Positions 10,995 to 21,700 of a DNA stretch of 64,000 bases are shown here, in pieces; within the stretch, counting starts at the first letter, position 1, and each line of letters opens with the position of its first letter. The stretch is from contig QPMI01000674.1 of NCBI GenBank assembly GCA_004431415.1, positions 11,327-75,326 on the forward strand, written 5' to 3'. Origin of the DNA: Cyanophora paradoxa CCMP329. Its lineage: Eukaryota; Plantae; Glaucophyta. Under the pieces are notes generated by a model. It was not told the origin of the DNA. It saw only the letters and a list, made by a program, of their open reading frames with translations, and did not search any database. Both the position numbers and the translations under genes were made by a program.

Positions 10995-13900
10995 ATGCCC
11001 CGAATTACCAACAAACTCATAAGGGAGAAGAAATGGGAACTCATGGGATTGCTGGGAACACTTTATGCAGCCCATGAAATTACAGAGGCTGAATATGACC
11101 GGGAAATAGATTTAATTGCAAAGGGCAGACCCACTTTAAGCAGATTAACCAGAAAAGCAAATAACCTATATGATAAAATTGAAACCTTGGATGAATTGGA
11201 TAGGCTTAGGCAAATAGAACCAGATGCAGAAGATGGAACAGCCATGAATGAATTATATCGCTGGCTCACTTACAGAGCCAGAAGGGAAGTTGTTGTAGAT
11301 GTGATTGAATTCCTGGACAGAATTGCTACATCCCTTCCCAATCGATTAAAGCAGGGTTTAGATCAATTCAGGGCAATCAAGGTTCGCTTGTCTTTTATCT
11401 GCAAGTTCGTTAAAGTGAGCAATCCACAGGTTTGGATATCGAAATACATTTACAGTGATTACTTTGTATTAACCAGGTCGAGAAATATTCGAACTGAGCT
11501 GAATAAAGCAGCCCAAATGTGTCAGGAGCAGATGAATGTGGTTGATAGCTATCGCTTAGAAAGAATTGAAATACTCAGAGTGGCTATTATGAGTTATGCT
11601 CCAACTGGTGGATGCTTTCTACAAACCCCAGAGTGGATTGCTAGGAAGAGAGCCACAGTGAATATTCGAAATATAGATGATTCCTGCTTCGAAAATGCGA
11701 TTTTAGCCTCGATTTACAGAAAATCTATTAACTCTCATAAGAGGAATGAGCTTTCACAATATCGCAAATGGAAATACTCAGCAATCGCTTATAATCCGCT
11801 GGCTCTCAATTTCGACAATATCCCATTCCCTGTTGCCTGTGATGCTGAAATAATTGATAAATTCGAGGCTCAAAATGCAGGCATTAGCATTAATATATTC
11901 GGAATCGATGGAGAGGTTGTTTATCCCCTGCATCAATCCAGTTACCCAGGCAGAAAGCATAAGGTTAATCTCATGCTGATATTTGATGATGAAGGGAATG
12001 GTCATTATATTACAATCATGTCCCTTTCAAGATTATTGAAAGTAAACCATGAAACATACAATGATCAGAAGTTACACTACTGTGACACATGCTTATCTCG
12101 ATTCAGGTCTGAGGCTAAACTCACTGCTCATGTGGACTCAAATAGATGCATTGATTGGAGACTCTCAAAGGGAATCACACCTAAACCTGAGACCACCATA
12201 GAGTTTGGACTGAAAAACCTCAGGAAAACTGTTTGGCTTCCTGTTGTGGTTTACTGCAAGATTGAACATAGAAGCATCCCCATTGATGCATCAAAATCTA
12301 AGAGGGAAGTCTCAGCAGTCAACCTGAGAGTAGTCACTGGGGCAGATGTTCAGGAGTTTCGATTTGAGGGTCAGGATCCAATGGGAGGTCTCTTTGAATG
12401 CTTGGAGTCCAAAGCAAGAGAACTAATCGATTTCCTGTTTACCAACATTCCTATGAATGAACTCACAGATGAGCAGAAAGCAATTTACAGAGCTACCAAA
12501 CACTGTTACCTTTGCAGTGAGAGGTTCACTAAGGAGAACTTCAAATGCAGGGATCATGATCACCACACAGGTCATTACATTGCACCTGCATGCAGAAACT
12601 GCAATCTCCATAGGAGAATCTCAAAGCAAACAAAAGTAGCAGTGGTTGTTGACCAAATGGATGACTGTGGGACATTCATTTTCAGAAAAATAGCAGGCAT
12701 GGGTGATAAAAAGCGAATCGAAATCCTTTCGAAAAACTTTGATCAATACCTTTCATTGCAATGGGGTCTTTACAAGTTCATTGATGCAAGTAATTTTATG
12801 GAATTTGGGGCTGCTGATGTAGATGAGTTAATGGACAAATTCCAAGCCTTCAGAAGGCTTTCACACACAGTATATGGATTGGACCCAGTTCATTATGTAT
12901 CTGCACCTGGGTTATCTTGGGATGCTATGCTTAGGACCACCAAGGCAAAAATAGAGCTTATAAGTGATGTAGAGCAATACGAATTTGTTGAGAGGGGAAT
13001 CAGGGGTGGCTTTGCAACAATGCCTTGTAGGTATGCTGAGGCTGATGGTGAAAACTCCCACATTATGCTGTTTGATGCTAACAACTTGTATGGCTACTGT
13101 TTGAGTCAGCCAATTCCAGTTGGTGATTTTAGATGGGAGACCGAATTCAACCCACAAGATAACAGATCCAGTTTCCTAGAAGTTGATCTGGATTACCCAA
13201 TTAGGCTGTTTCTAGATCACAGTGATTTCCCCCTAATTATTAACAAGAAAATAGTAGAATATGCGGAATTATCACAATATCAAAAGAGCCTATTAGATCT
13301 CTCAGGAGAAGAGCTTGATAAAACCCAAAGCTAACTGCAACCTTTGGTTCTGTGGCAAACTATGTGATTTCTGAGCCTCTTCTGCAATATCTGTTGGACA
13401 AAGGGGTGAAATTAAAGAAAGTTCACAGGGTCCTATCATTTACTGTGGCTCCTGTAATGAAACCCTACATTGAGCTGAACACTGAGATGAGAAGGAAAGC
13501 AGTGAATAAATTCGAGGCTGATTTCTATAAACTCATGAATAACTCAATCTATGGGAAATGCATTGAATCTTGCAGAGGTAGATCTGTGGTTAAGATTGCA
13601 AACAGTGAGAAACTGTTTATGAAATATGCAGCCTCTCCATTGGTGAAATCAACCAGCCCCATAAACGAAAAAGCAGTTGCCTTTGAGTTTTACACAAAGC
13701 ATGTGAAACTAGATAAGCCTGTTGCAATTGGGGCTTATGTTTTGGATGCTGCCAAACTGTATAATTACCAATTCTTTTATGATACTGTAAGGACCCAGTG
13801 GACAAAAGCCAAGTTACTATTCCATGATACTGATTCCTTTTGTCTATATATCGAATCTAAGACCCTCCAAGAGGACCTAGATAATATATCCTATAATCTG

Positions 13901-14239
13901 GACCTAGGGGGATCCAACAGAATGACCCCAGGTAAATACAAAAATGAGATGCCAGGTTCTGCTATATTGGAATATGTGGGTCTGAGAGCCAAAGTTTACA
14001 GTTTCAGAACTGCTGAGATTGAGAGAAGTAAGCTCTCTGGGACTTCACCTGAGGAACTCCAATTTAATGATTTTAAGCAGTGTTTATTTGCAGGTATAAG
14101 CAAGACTGTGACTGCCAAGCAGAAGAGAAGGGCAGATCACACAATAATAGATACTGTAAGTAGAAGGGTTGCCCTAAACTGCTTTGATGCAAAGAGATAC
14201 ATCTTACCAGATGGTATTAATTCTGTTCCTTTTAATTAA
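10995..14239 (+). CDS. Polinton-type family B DNA polymerase (pPolB) with C2H2 finger and endonuclease VII-like insert; one frameshift near 13330
   Basis: DANNLYG, YKLMNNSIYGK, HDTDS and KVYS polymerase motifs; CYLC...RDHDHHTG...CRNCN insert; GLDPVHYVSAPGLSWDAML. Confidence 0.92.
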
Positions 14240-14242
14240 GAG

Positions 14243-15628
14243 ATGCCAGCAACTGGAAGAATAGTTAGAAGAACCACTGAGCAACTGCAAGGTAACCTAC
14301 TGCCCATCACAATTCCAAAGGAGGAAAAGGGGGAATCTCGAATTGTAAAAAAGTCAGAGATGAAAGAGCTTGTCCCAGTAGAGATCCCAGTTGCTATTGC
14401 AGTGAAAGAAACCAGCAAGATTGCCAAGAGATTCTATGATGTGAGAACTGGTTACAAAGGGCTTCAAGCTATGAGGGCTGAGTTACCTGATGAATCCTAT
14501 AAGCAGTTGCAAGAGTTCTATAAAAAACAAGAGGTAGTTCAGATCAATGCACCAGCTATATCTAGGAAGAGAGATCCCATGGTCCCAATCAGGCAACCCC
14601 TTGATACCTATGTGATTGATTTGCTCTTTTTCCCAGCTTATAAGAAACAAAACAATGGCTATGATACCTTTATGACTGCTATGGAATCAACACTGAGAAC
14701 TGGGTATATCATACCTATAAGAGATAAATCAGCTCTCACTACATTAGCTGCATTTAAGCAACTTGAAATGAGAGTGGCAAGACCCATAGTAAAAGTTCAA
14801 TCAGATGCTGGGAGTGAATTCCAAAATCGAATATTCCAGGAGTATTTATCTAGTAAATACATAGAACACCAAGTGAGTGGAACTGCTGACCATAGAAGCC
14901 AAGGTCGAATTGAAGCCTTTAACAAGCAGATTAAGAGACTGATCACAAACTACTGCATAGCTAATAACACAGCTAGATTCTTTGATGTGTTAGGTGATAT
15001 TGAGTATAATTACAATAATACAGTTCACTCAGCTACTAAGATGAAGCCAGGTGAAACTACAGAGGAGCATTACAGGTATATAGTGGGATTAGAAGATGAG
15101 AGATTCAAGAAATCAATAGCTTATCTTGATACCATGCAGCCTGGCATGTTTGTTAGAGTGAAAGTTGAGAAGAACCCCTTTGCTAAACAGGGTAACAATT
15201 GGTCTAGGATGGTTTACACAGTTGATAGTAGGGAAGGCTTTAAGTTTAAGCTAAGGAGTCCCACTGGTGAGATCATAGATAACAGGTTTGCATTCCATGA
15301 GCTGTTGCCTGTGAATGCAGTTGAGTATCTGGAAACACCTACAGTGGATGCCTTGGAGCAAGCTAAAGAGGAAGCCAGGGTTGATGCTGCTATAAGGAGA
15401 GAGGGCATTGAGGCTGCTAATGAAGTCCCAGATAAGCCTTTGATAGAAGCTAGAAAGGAGAAGACTGGCAAGGTTAATAGGGAACTCAAAAAGCTCACTA
15501 TAGCAGGGACACATAAACTTTCAGAAGTGAATAGCCAGAGATGGTATAATGACTTTCAGACTACTAAGGAGTCATATACAGCCCCTAAACCTCAAAGAAC
15601 ACTAAGAGAAAGGACCAAAACTAGCTAG
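14243..15628 (+). CDS. Retroviral-like (rve/DDE) integrase of element A
   Basis: YVIDL, QSDAGSEF, GRIEAFNKQIK, YNNTVHSATKMKP, then a GMFVRV...WS..VY SH3-like region. Confidence 0.92.
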   Translation: MPATGRIVRRTTEQLQGNLLPITIPKEEKGESRIVKKSEMKELVPVEIPVAIAVKETSKIAKRFYDVRTGYKGLQAMRAELPDESYKQLQEFYKKQEVVQINAPAISRKRDPMVPIRQPLDTYVIDLLFFPAYKKQNNGYDTFMTAMESTLRTGYIIPIRDKSALTTLAAFKQLEMRVARPIVKVQSDAGSEFQNRIFQEYLSSKYIEHQVSGTADHRSQGRIEAFNKQIKRLITNYCIANNTARFFDVLGDIEYNYNNTVHSATKMKPGETTEEHYRYIVGLEDERFKKSIAYLDTMQPGMFVRVKVEKNPFAKQGNNWSRMVYTVDSREGFKFKLRSPTGEIIDNRFAFHELLPVNAVEYLETPTVDALEQAKEEARVDAAIRREGIEAANEVPDKPLIEARKEKTGKVNRELKKLTIAGTHKLSEVNSQRWYNDFQTTKESYTAPKPQRTLRERTKTS

Positions 15629-16106
15629 TTTCATAGCCGAAAACTCGTTTTTTCCAAATATATGTATGTGTGATATACATATATGCATATGATATACACA
15701 TCAACGTGTAGATCTTCTCAAGCGCTTCACAACGCTATGCAGAACGCTGCAAGTTGACTATCTGGTGATGAGATACAAGCGTTTGAAGATGCCGATTATC
15801 GATTTTTCGAGATTTCGGAATGATGCATCATAATGATGTAATAATGATGTATCATAAACATATAACATATATATATCGCCGTGATCGTCATGATCTCCCG
15901 AGTTCGATGGTGTGTCATATATATCATATACATTTGCATCGTCATTATGACATCATTTCGTAAAATTACACGTCCGTCATCGTCTTTTTCCGCAGCGAAC
16001 AGATAAGTGAACAGTTAAGGAGACAACTATTGTAATAGTGGACTGCAACAACAATTGAAAACAAGATCTGTGGGAAAGCTATTGAAAGACAATGAAGCAA
16101 ATTGCG

Positions 16107-16205
16107 AACAATTAAGTGAACAGTTAAGTGGACACCTGTTGGGAGTAGGCAGTGTCTACTCGTTTATCGTGAAACGGTGTCCACTTAACTGTTCATTTAA
16201 CTGTT
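16107..16205. repeat. 30-bp inverted repeat (28/30) with inner GAGTAG/CTACTC stem
   Basis: AACAATTAAGTGAACAGTTAAGTGGACACC versus GGTGTCCACTTAACTGTTCATTTAACTGTT. Confidence 0.85.
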
Positions 16206-16377
16206 GACGAAAACCCATGCATTATGACATCATATCATTAAACCCCATACAAAACACTAAAATGCATGTATCTCTTCACCAACTCATCATCTTACAAAGA
16301 TAAAAACAGATTCGGAATCCTCTTAACGAGACCAGCGTGACTATGTAAGTATCATAGGCTCAATAATTCATATGTTA

Positions 16378-17250
16378 ATAAGCATCTCCCCTTCATTCCC
16401 CCTATTATATTATATTTATATTAAAGTGGACTCAAGGTTGACTCATATTAATCGTAAAAGTAGTAAAAGTATATGGATTTTGTTACGAATTCAATGCAAG
16501 GGTTGACTAAGTGGGTTGAGTTGACTCAAATTTCACAGGAAATATTTGGGACCTAAAGTTTTCTAAAAAGGATTTCAAAAAATGTGTCAACTCCCCCCAC
16601 TTAGTCAACCCTGACCATAAACAGTAAGGATTTGAGCTAACATGTATCACAAAGTGAACATTTTGAGTCCACTTAGAAGATCCACCTAACAATTTAGAGT
16701 CAAATTTACTTGGGAATTCGATTTGTATGAAAAAGTGAGTCCACCCTGACCATATTCAATAAGCATTCCTCTTAATCCCCTTGTTTATATTTACATTGAT
16801 TAATATTTAATACTAAGTGGACTCATGGTTGATTCATATTAATCGTAAAAGGAGTAAATGTATATAAAAATGTGACCATTTCAATGCTAAGGTTGACTAA
16901 GTGGGTTGAGTTGACTCAAATTTCAGAGGAAATTTTGAGATCCAAAGAATATTCTATAAAAGATTTTGAAAAATGTGTCAACTCCCCCCACTTAGTCAAC
17001 CCTGACCATATACAGTAAGCATAAGAACTTAAATGTATCACAAAGTGAACATTATGAGTCCACTTAGAAGATCCAATTTTGAAATATAAGTTGATTTTGC
17101 TTGAAATTTCAAAGTTGATCTAAAAGTGAGTCCACCCTGATTGATTATGGTAACAAAGTTGACTAAGTTGACTAAATTGAGTCATCTTAAGAAATTCAAG
17201 GAGACTAAGAGTTCAAAATGTTTATGAAAAGTGAGTCAACTTAGACCACT
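16378..17250. repeat. Two ~390-bp direct repeats plus partial copies, each with a 28-bp inverted repeat
   Basis: GGTTGACTAAGTGGGTTGAGTTGACTCAAATTTCA at 16501 and 16891; TGTGTCAACTCCCCCCACTTAGTCAACC follows each. Confidence 0.9.
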
Positions 17251-17528
17251 TATGGTAACAAAGTTAAATATTTAATTGATTTAATAGGAAAAGAACATGA
17301 TTTAATCGAATTTATTGATATAATTCCGATTAGATTCATTTAGGATTCAATTAAGATTAATCGAAGTTATAGATATAATTCCGATTAACTACAATTAAGA
17401 TACAATATCGATTAATCGAGTTTATCGATATAAAATCGATTAAATTAATTGAAAATGCATTTAAAAATATGAAAATTCATGTGAAAATTCAAATAAATTA
17501 ATCGATTTTATTGATATAACATCGAATC

Positions 17529-17601
17529 ACACATATGAATATTCATATTTTAATCCTGAGGCGGAACGCCGAGGGATTAAAATATGAATATTCATATGTG
17601 T
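17529..17601. repeat. 73-bp hairpin with perfect 28-bp arms and a GGCG-GAA-CGCC apex
   Basis: 17529-17556 is the exact reverse complement of 17574-17601; each arm contains the palindrome ATATGAATATTCATAT. Confidence 0.95.
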
Positions 17602-18778
17602 CATCTATGCCTTCTTTTTGAACCTGCCGGATAGAGGCGGCTTCTATTTCGGCTGCTTTGATTGCGTTGCCTGATGGTTCCACCACAGCTTCGACCTCTG
17701 TAATGATCTGCAATTCGTGCGGCTTAAAAAGCTTCGGCATTACGTTTCCGGATGCATCTTGCACCTCTATTGCGTTTCCTCTCCTTCCCGCAATTTTGTA
17801 GACCTCTCGGCTATACCTTTGGGTTGCCCCTTTATCGAATTTCGATCTCGGCAATAACAGGCGGACGTGGAGACCCGGCTTAAAGTCGCTGAATATATCC
17901 TTGACGATTGTGTTCTTTCTTGAAATAATAGCCGCTCGGATCCGCTCCATATCTGAGAGCTTGACATCCCCGGGTTTCATTCCTATCGTTCTGTGAATGG
18001 TGTTGTTGTAATTGAAAACAAAGTCGTCCAATTTATCCATAAATCGCACAGTGTTATAAGCGACACAGTAATTGTTTATCATCGTTTTAAGGGTCAAATG
18101 GAAGCGATTCATTATTCCCAGCGATGTGTGATCTCCGACCTGTTTAAAGCGGTGCTCTATCGCATTATTTTTCACGACCTCCTGAAACTCCTTTGCGATG
18201 AATTCTGAACCGTTATCTGTTTCCAATCGAATCATCGGAGCCGGGAGCTCTGTTAGCATCTCCGCAAAAGCGGCGGCAACACTTGCGCCCTCTTTATTCT
18301 TTAATTTCTTGGCATATGCTTTTCGGCTTGTCATCTCGATGAGAGTAAGGACTGCAATGTAGCCGGAATTATAATTGCCATAAGAGAGATAAAAGATGAG
18401 ATCGGCTTGGTAGCACCACGGTGGAGCTGTAATGGGAATAAAAGCTGTTTGGGTCGGTGCGGGGGGCTTCTTGTTGATCTGCATAAATTCTTGTTTCGCT
18501 GCGACATCTTGCACTTCTTTCAATGTGAGGGTCTTGTCCTCTTTTCTCAGCTCTTCGTACAATGCCGATGGGTTCTTAAAACCTGTCTTTGGGTCATACA
18601 TGCGTCGCACGATCTTAGAGGACGGGTTAGCAATGCTAAAAGGAACATCTCCTAATAAATTTGATTTTGCTTGGCGTTTTGTAATTTTTTGGGGGACTTG
18701 CTCAGTTTCAGGAACCGCGATAGGTAGTATGGTAGTCTCTGTCTCCTCTCCCGCTACCCTTCTGACGATCCGTGACAT
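17543..18778 (-). CDS. rve integrase of element B (third catalytic position N; C-terminus replaced by hairpin sequence)
   Basis: YQADL, ETDNGSEF, GIMNRFHLTLK, YNNTIHRTIGMKP; collinear with 14243-15628. Confidence 0.9.
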   Translation of the reverse strand: MSRIVRRVAGEETETTILPIAVPETEQVPQKITKRQAKSNLLGDVPFSIANPSSKIVRRMYDPKTGFKNPSALYEELRKEDKTLTLKEVQDVAAKQEFMQINKKPPAPTQTAFIPITAPPWCYQADLIFYLSYGNYNSGYIAVLTLIEMTSRKAYAKKLKNKEGASVAAAFAEMLTELPAPMIRLETDNGSEFIAKEFQEVVKNNAIEHRFKQVGDHTSLGIMNRFHLTLKTMINNYCVAYNTVRFMDKLDDFVFNYNNTIHRTIGMKPGDVKLSDMERIRAAIISRKNTIVKDIFSDFKPGLHVRLLLPRSKFDKGATQRYSREVYKIAGRRGNAIEVQDASGNVMPKLFKPHELQIITEVEAVVEPSGNAIKAAEIEAASIRQVQKEGIDDTYEYSYFNPSAFRLRIKI

Positions 18779-18796
18779 TCTTCTAATTAACCCTGT

Positions 18797-21700
18797 TTAT
18801 TTTTTGCTGCAATTGCACCCGTGATGCGCGAGTTGACAATTGTCTTTAAGATGTGGGCGCCTGTTGTTAATGCGATCCACGACGAGCTTGTAATTCGGAT
18901 CTTGCGGCTCAATCGGAATCGGAAGGGAACAGATCGCACAGGCGCCCTTCTGTTGCTTCTTGCGCTCTAATATCCACTCCGGCGTAATATAATCCGCCTC
19001 GTCGAAATCGCGCCCGGCACGCTGATCCTGGCATTTATATCCGCGGATCTTCGTTTTCAGATATTCGATGTAGTCGCTCTTTCCTTGGAATCTGTGAATC
19101 GGTGTATAAATCAGCACAGTAGACAGATCACGGTTACGAGTGAGCGCGGTATAGAACCATTCGCGAGTGGTATAGCGGAACGTAGCCTCACAAATGACAA
19201 TGCCCGAATCAAGTGTGAGACCTTGCGTTGAATGACCTGTTCCTGCATAAGGGAGAGAAAAATGTTCTAACATCGCGCACGGAACCTCGAACGTGACACC
19301 ATCGAAAACGTCCGTTAATGTGACCATTTGCTTTGTGATTTTGGTGATCCGATAGGTGTAATTTGTGTATGCATTAATAGACTCACCCTCAGATCGCGAA
19401 ATGCGTAGATACCTGCGGCAAACGACTTCCAAACCTTTGTAGAATTTGATGCCGTTGACCTCTACGGTTGCAATATTTACTTTTCGTCTATCGTGCATCA
19501 GTTTGTTGTAGGCTAAGGTCATTTCGTTTCTGTAAGCGATGCCAAAGTAGCCGTCGGGGATAGCGTTTAGATCATTAATTGTCGGCAACCCGTATTTCGA
19601 GATAATCTGTGCGGCTTCCAGTCCGTTCTCGAAGAGATCCTCTTTAATCGCCCGAATTAATTCACGGTCTGTCTCCTTCTTGTGCCGCTTGTTATTGCGT
19701 AGACTCAGAACGTTAGGGAACATACTCTGCACCGCGCGCTTATAGTAGCCCTTGCGATCAGAAACCGAGAGCTCGTCATTAATTGGTTCATTTTGATAGG
19801 TGTCGCCATTAGCCAAATATTTGATATCCGGATAGCGATCGATAAACGACTTGATCTTAGCGAGATCTTTTACGGAATACGCGAATATCTCGTCGAACAT
19901 AATGTGACTGAACTCGGAGACGAACGCCCTCTGGTCTTTTTCGCTCATAGCCTCTTCGTAGGTCTGATCATTTGAGACACGGATCCCGAGAACATTATAT
20001 AAAGTACGAACGGTAATATTCTCGATTCCGCGGACTTTGAGAGAGTCCCTCAGCTCCGCGCACTGTTTGTTATAGGGGCAAATAACTAAGCAATTCGACT
20101 TTTGAGATGCGAAACAGTTAATACCGAGTGTCGACTTTCCACTTCCGGGCATGTCAGCAAGGACAAGCATACGATTATGGAGCTTCGCAACCCAATTAAA
20201 GCACTCCGGATTAAATTCGTCCCTCAGCGAGAACCGGTTAATGAGTGTCTCGGGATCCTGAAATTCGAGAGTTACACCCCGTGGTGGGCGGAGTGCATTC
20301 TCAGGGCATCTTTTCCCGGGAATATAGCTGAATTTGCCCATGTTCTCAAACGCATTTCGGTCGAACTCTTTCTTACTTGTCCATGAACCTTCGATATATA
20401 GGCAATCCGTTCTGATCCCGGCAACCTTGTGCCCGCGCGCTGTCAGGCGCTTGTATTGCGCAAACATATTAGCGCGGTTGCGATCGTAAATATGAAAGTG
20501 GATCGGGAGGAATCCGTTAACAAGCTCGCGGTGAGAGCTGATCTTAACGAAATAGATGTGACCTTCGAATTCGCTGAGAGCTTTGACACGTTTCGAATTC
20601 TTAGGATTGAAAGTAAACACCTCTACTGTTCCTCCGCATTCTTGGGCGAACCTTTCAGCCTCGGCACGGTTGTAGAACATTTTCGTGGATGTTTGCGAGT
20701 CTTGGAATTTGCCGAGCATTCCGATCTCTTTCACTAAAATGTGCTTCTTGTCTGTGGATTGAATGTCGCTTGACAGCACTTTCTTCATCTCAGCGATCGA
20801 CGTATTGGGCACCAAATGCGAAGGCTCCGCGACCGCGATAATCTCTATCTTGTCCTTTACGTCCGCCCAATGCATGGAGAGAGTGTAGCCTGTGATGAAA
20901 TTGTAGCACCGACCACTCACGGAAAATGCGCGATCCAGAATAATTTCGATTCCATCAATCTTGCGAGACATGGCGGCATCATAATCAATGTCCTCATCGT
21001 CGGCGAAAGTTGCTTGCTCTCTCTCAAACGCAACGACACGCACGTAGTAGATCGCGTATTCGAGAATATCGCTTCCCACTTTAAAGGGAACGAAGTCATC
21101 GAATACATTGTATTTCGGAAGATATTGCATGCCTTTCAGTATCGAAGGGTAGCACTTCGCCATATCGACGGCTGTGTAGGTGGCTTTCGGGTTTGGCTTA
21201 TAGAAATAGCCGCTAAGTGCGGATCGCTTGTAGTGCGTGAGAATTTCGCGCATGTTCGGGCTGTAATGTGAGATATTCGTCGCATTTAGTAGCGACTCGC
21301 GGAACCCCTTACCGATTTCACAGACCTTATTATAATACTCCTCTGTTTCGAAATCTTGCTCAATAAAGTGGTCTGTTGTGCGTGGATCTTTGATAGAGAA
21401 CATGGAGCCATTAGCTTTGAATGTGATGCTGTCGATCTGTTTCGATGGTGTTAGCTTCACAGCGGGCTCATATCGCATTTTCAGGAACGTAAATAGAAGA
21501 CCTTCCAGACCTTCGCGCCCAGTATACAGAATGCGAATGAAACTGCGCTCGTCAGGCGATAGTTTTAATTGCGTGATCTTTAACAGATCCTTGGATGTGT
21601 GCGCGAAGATATCGTGAGTAAGACACGTCGGAATTTTATAGAGTGCTAACGAAGAGGTCGACTTAGGAACATGATTATCGAGCTCTTCGACCTCCATCTT

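Larger units (their letters stand above)
1..17601 (+). mobile_element. Endogenous Polinton-like virus, element A (left part outside window; right boundary inferred)
   Basis: Compact, intronless, AT-rich gene array with capsid-like genes, A32-type ATPase, primase-helicase, pPolB and rve integrase. The right boundary is inferred from repeats shared with A's interior and from the hairpin at 17529-17601. Confidence 0.88.

Noticed and set aside
13320-13355. Programmed frameshift in pPolB (also near 8180 and 32710)
   Set aside because: Indels are widespread in this window; error or decay is simpler and no conserved slippery signal is supported.
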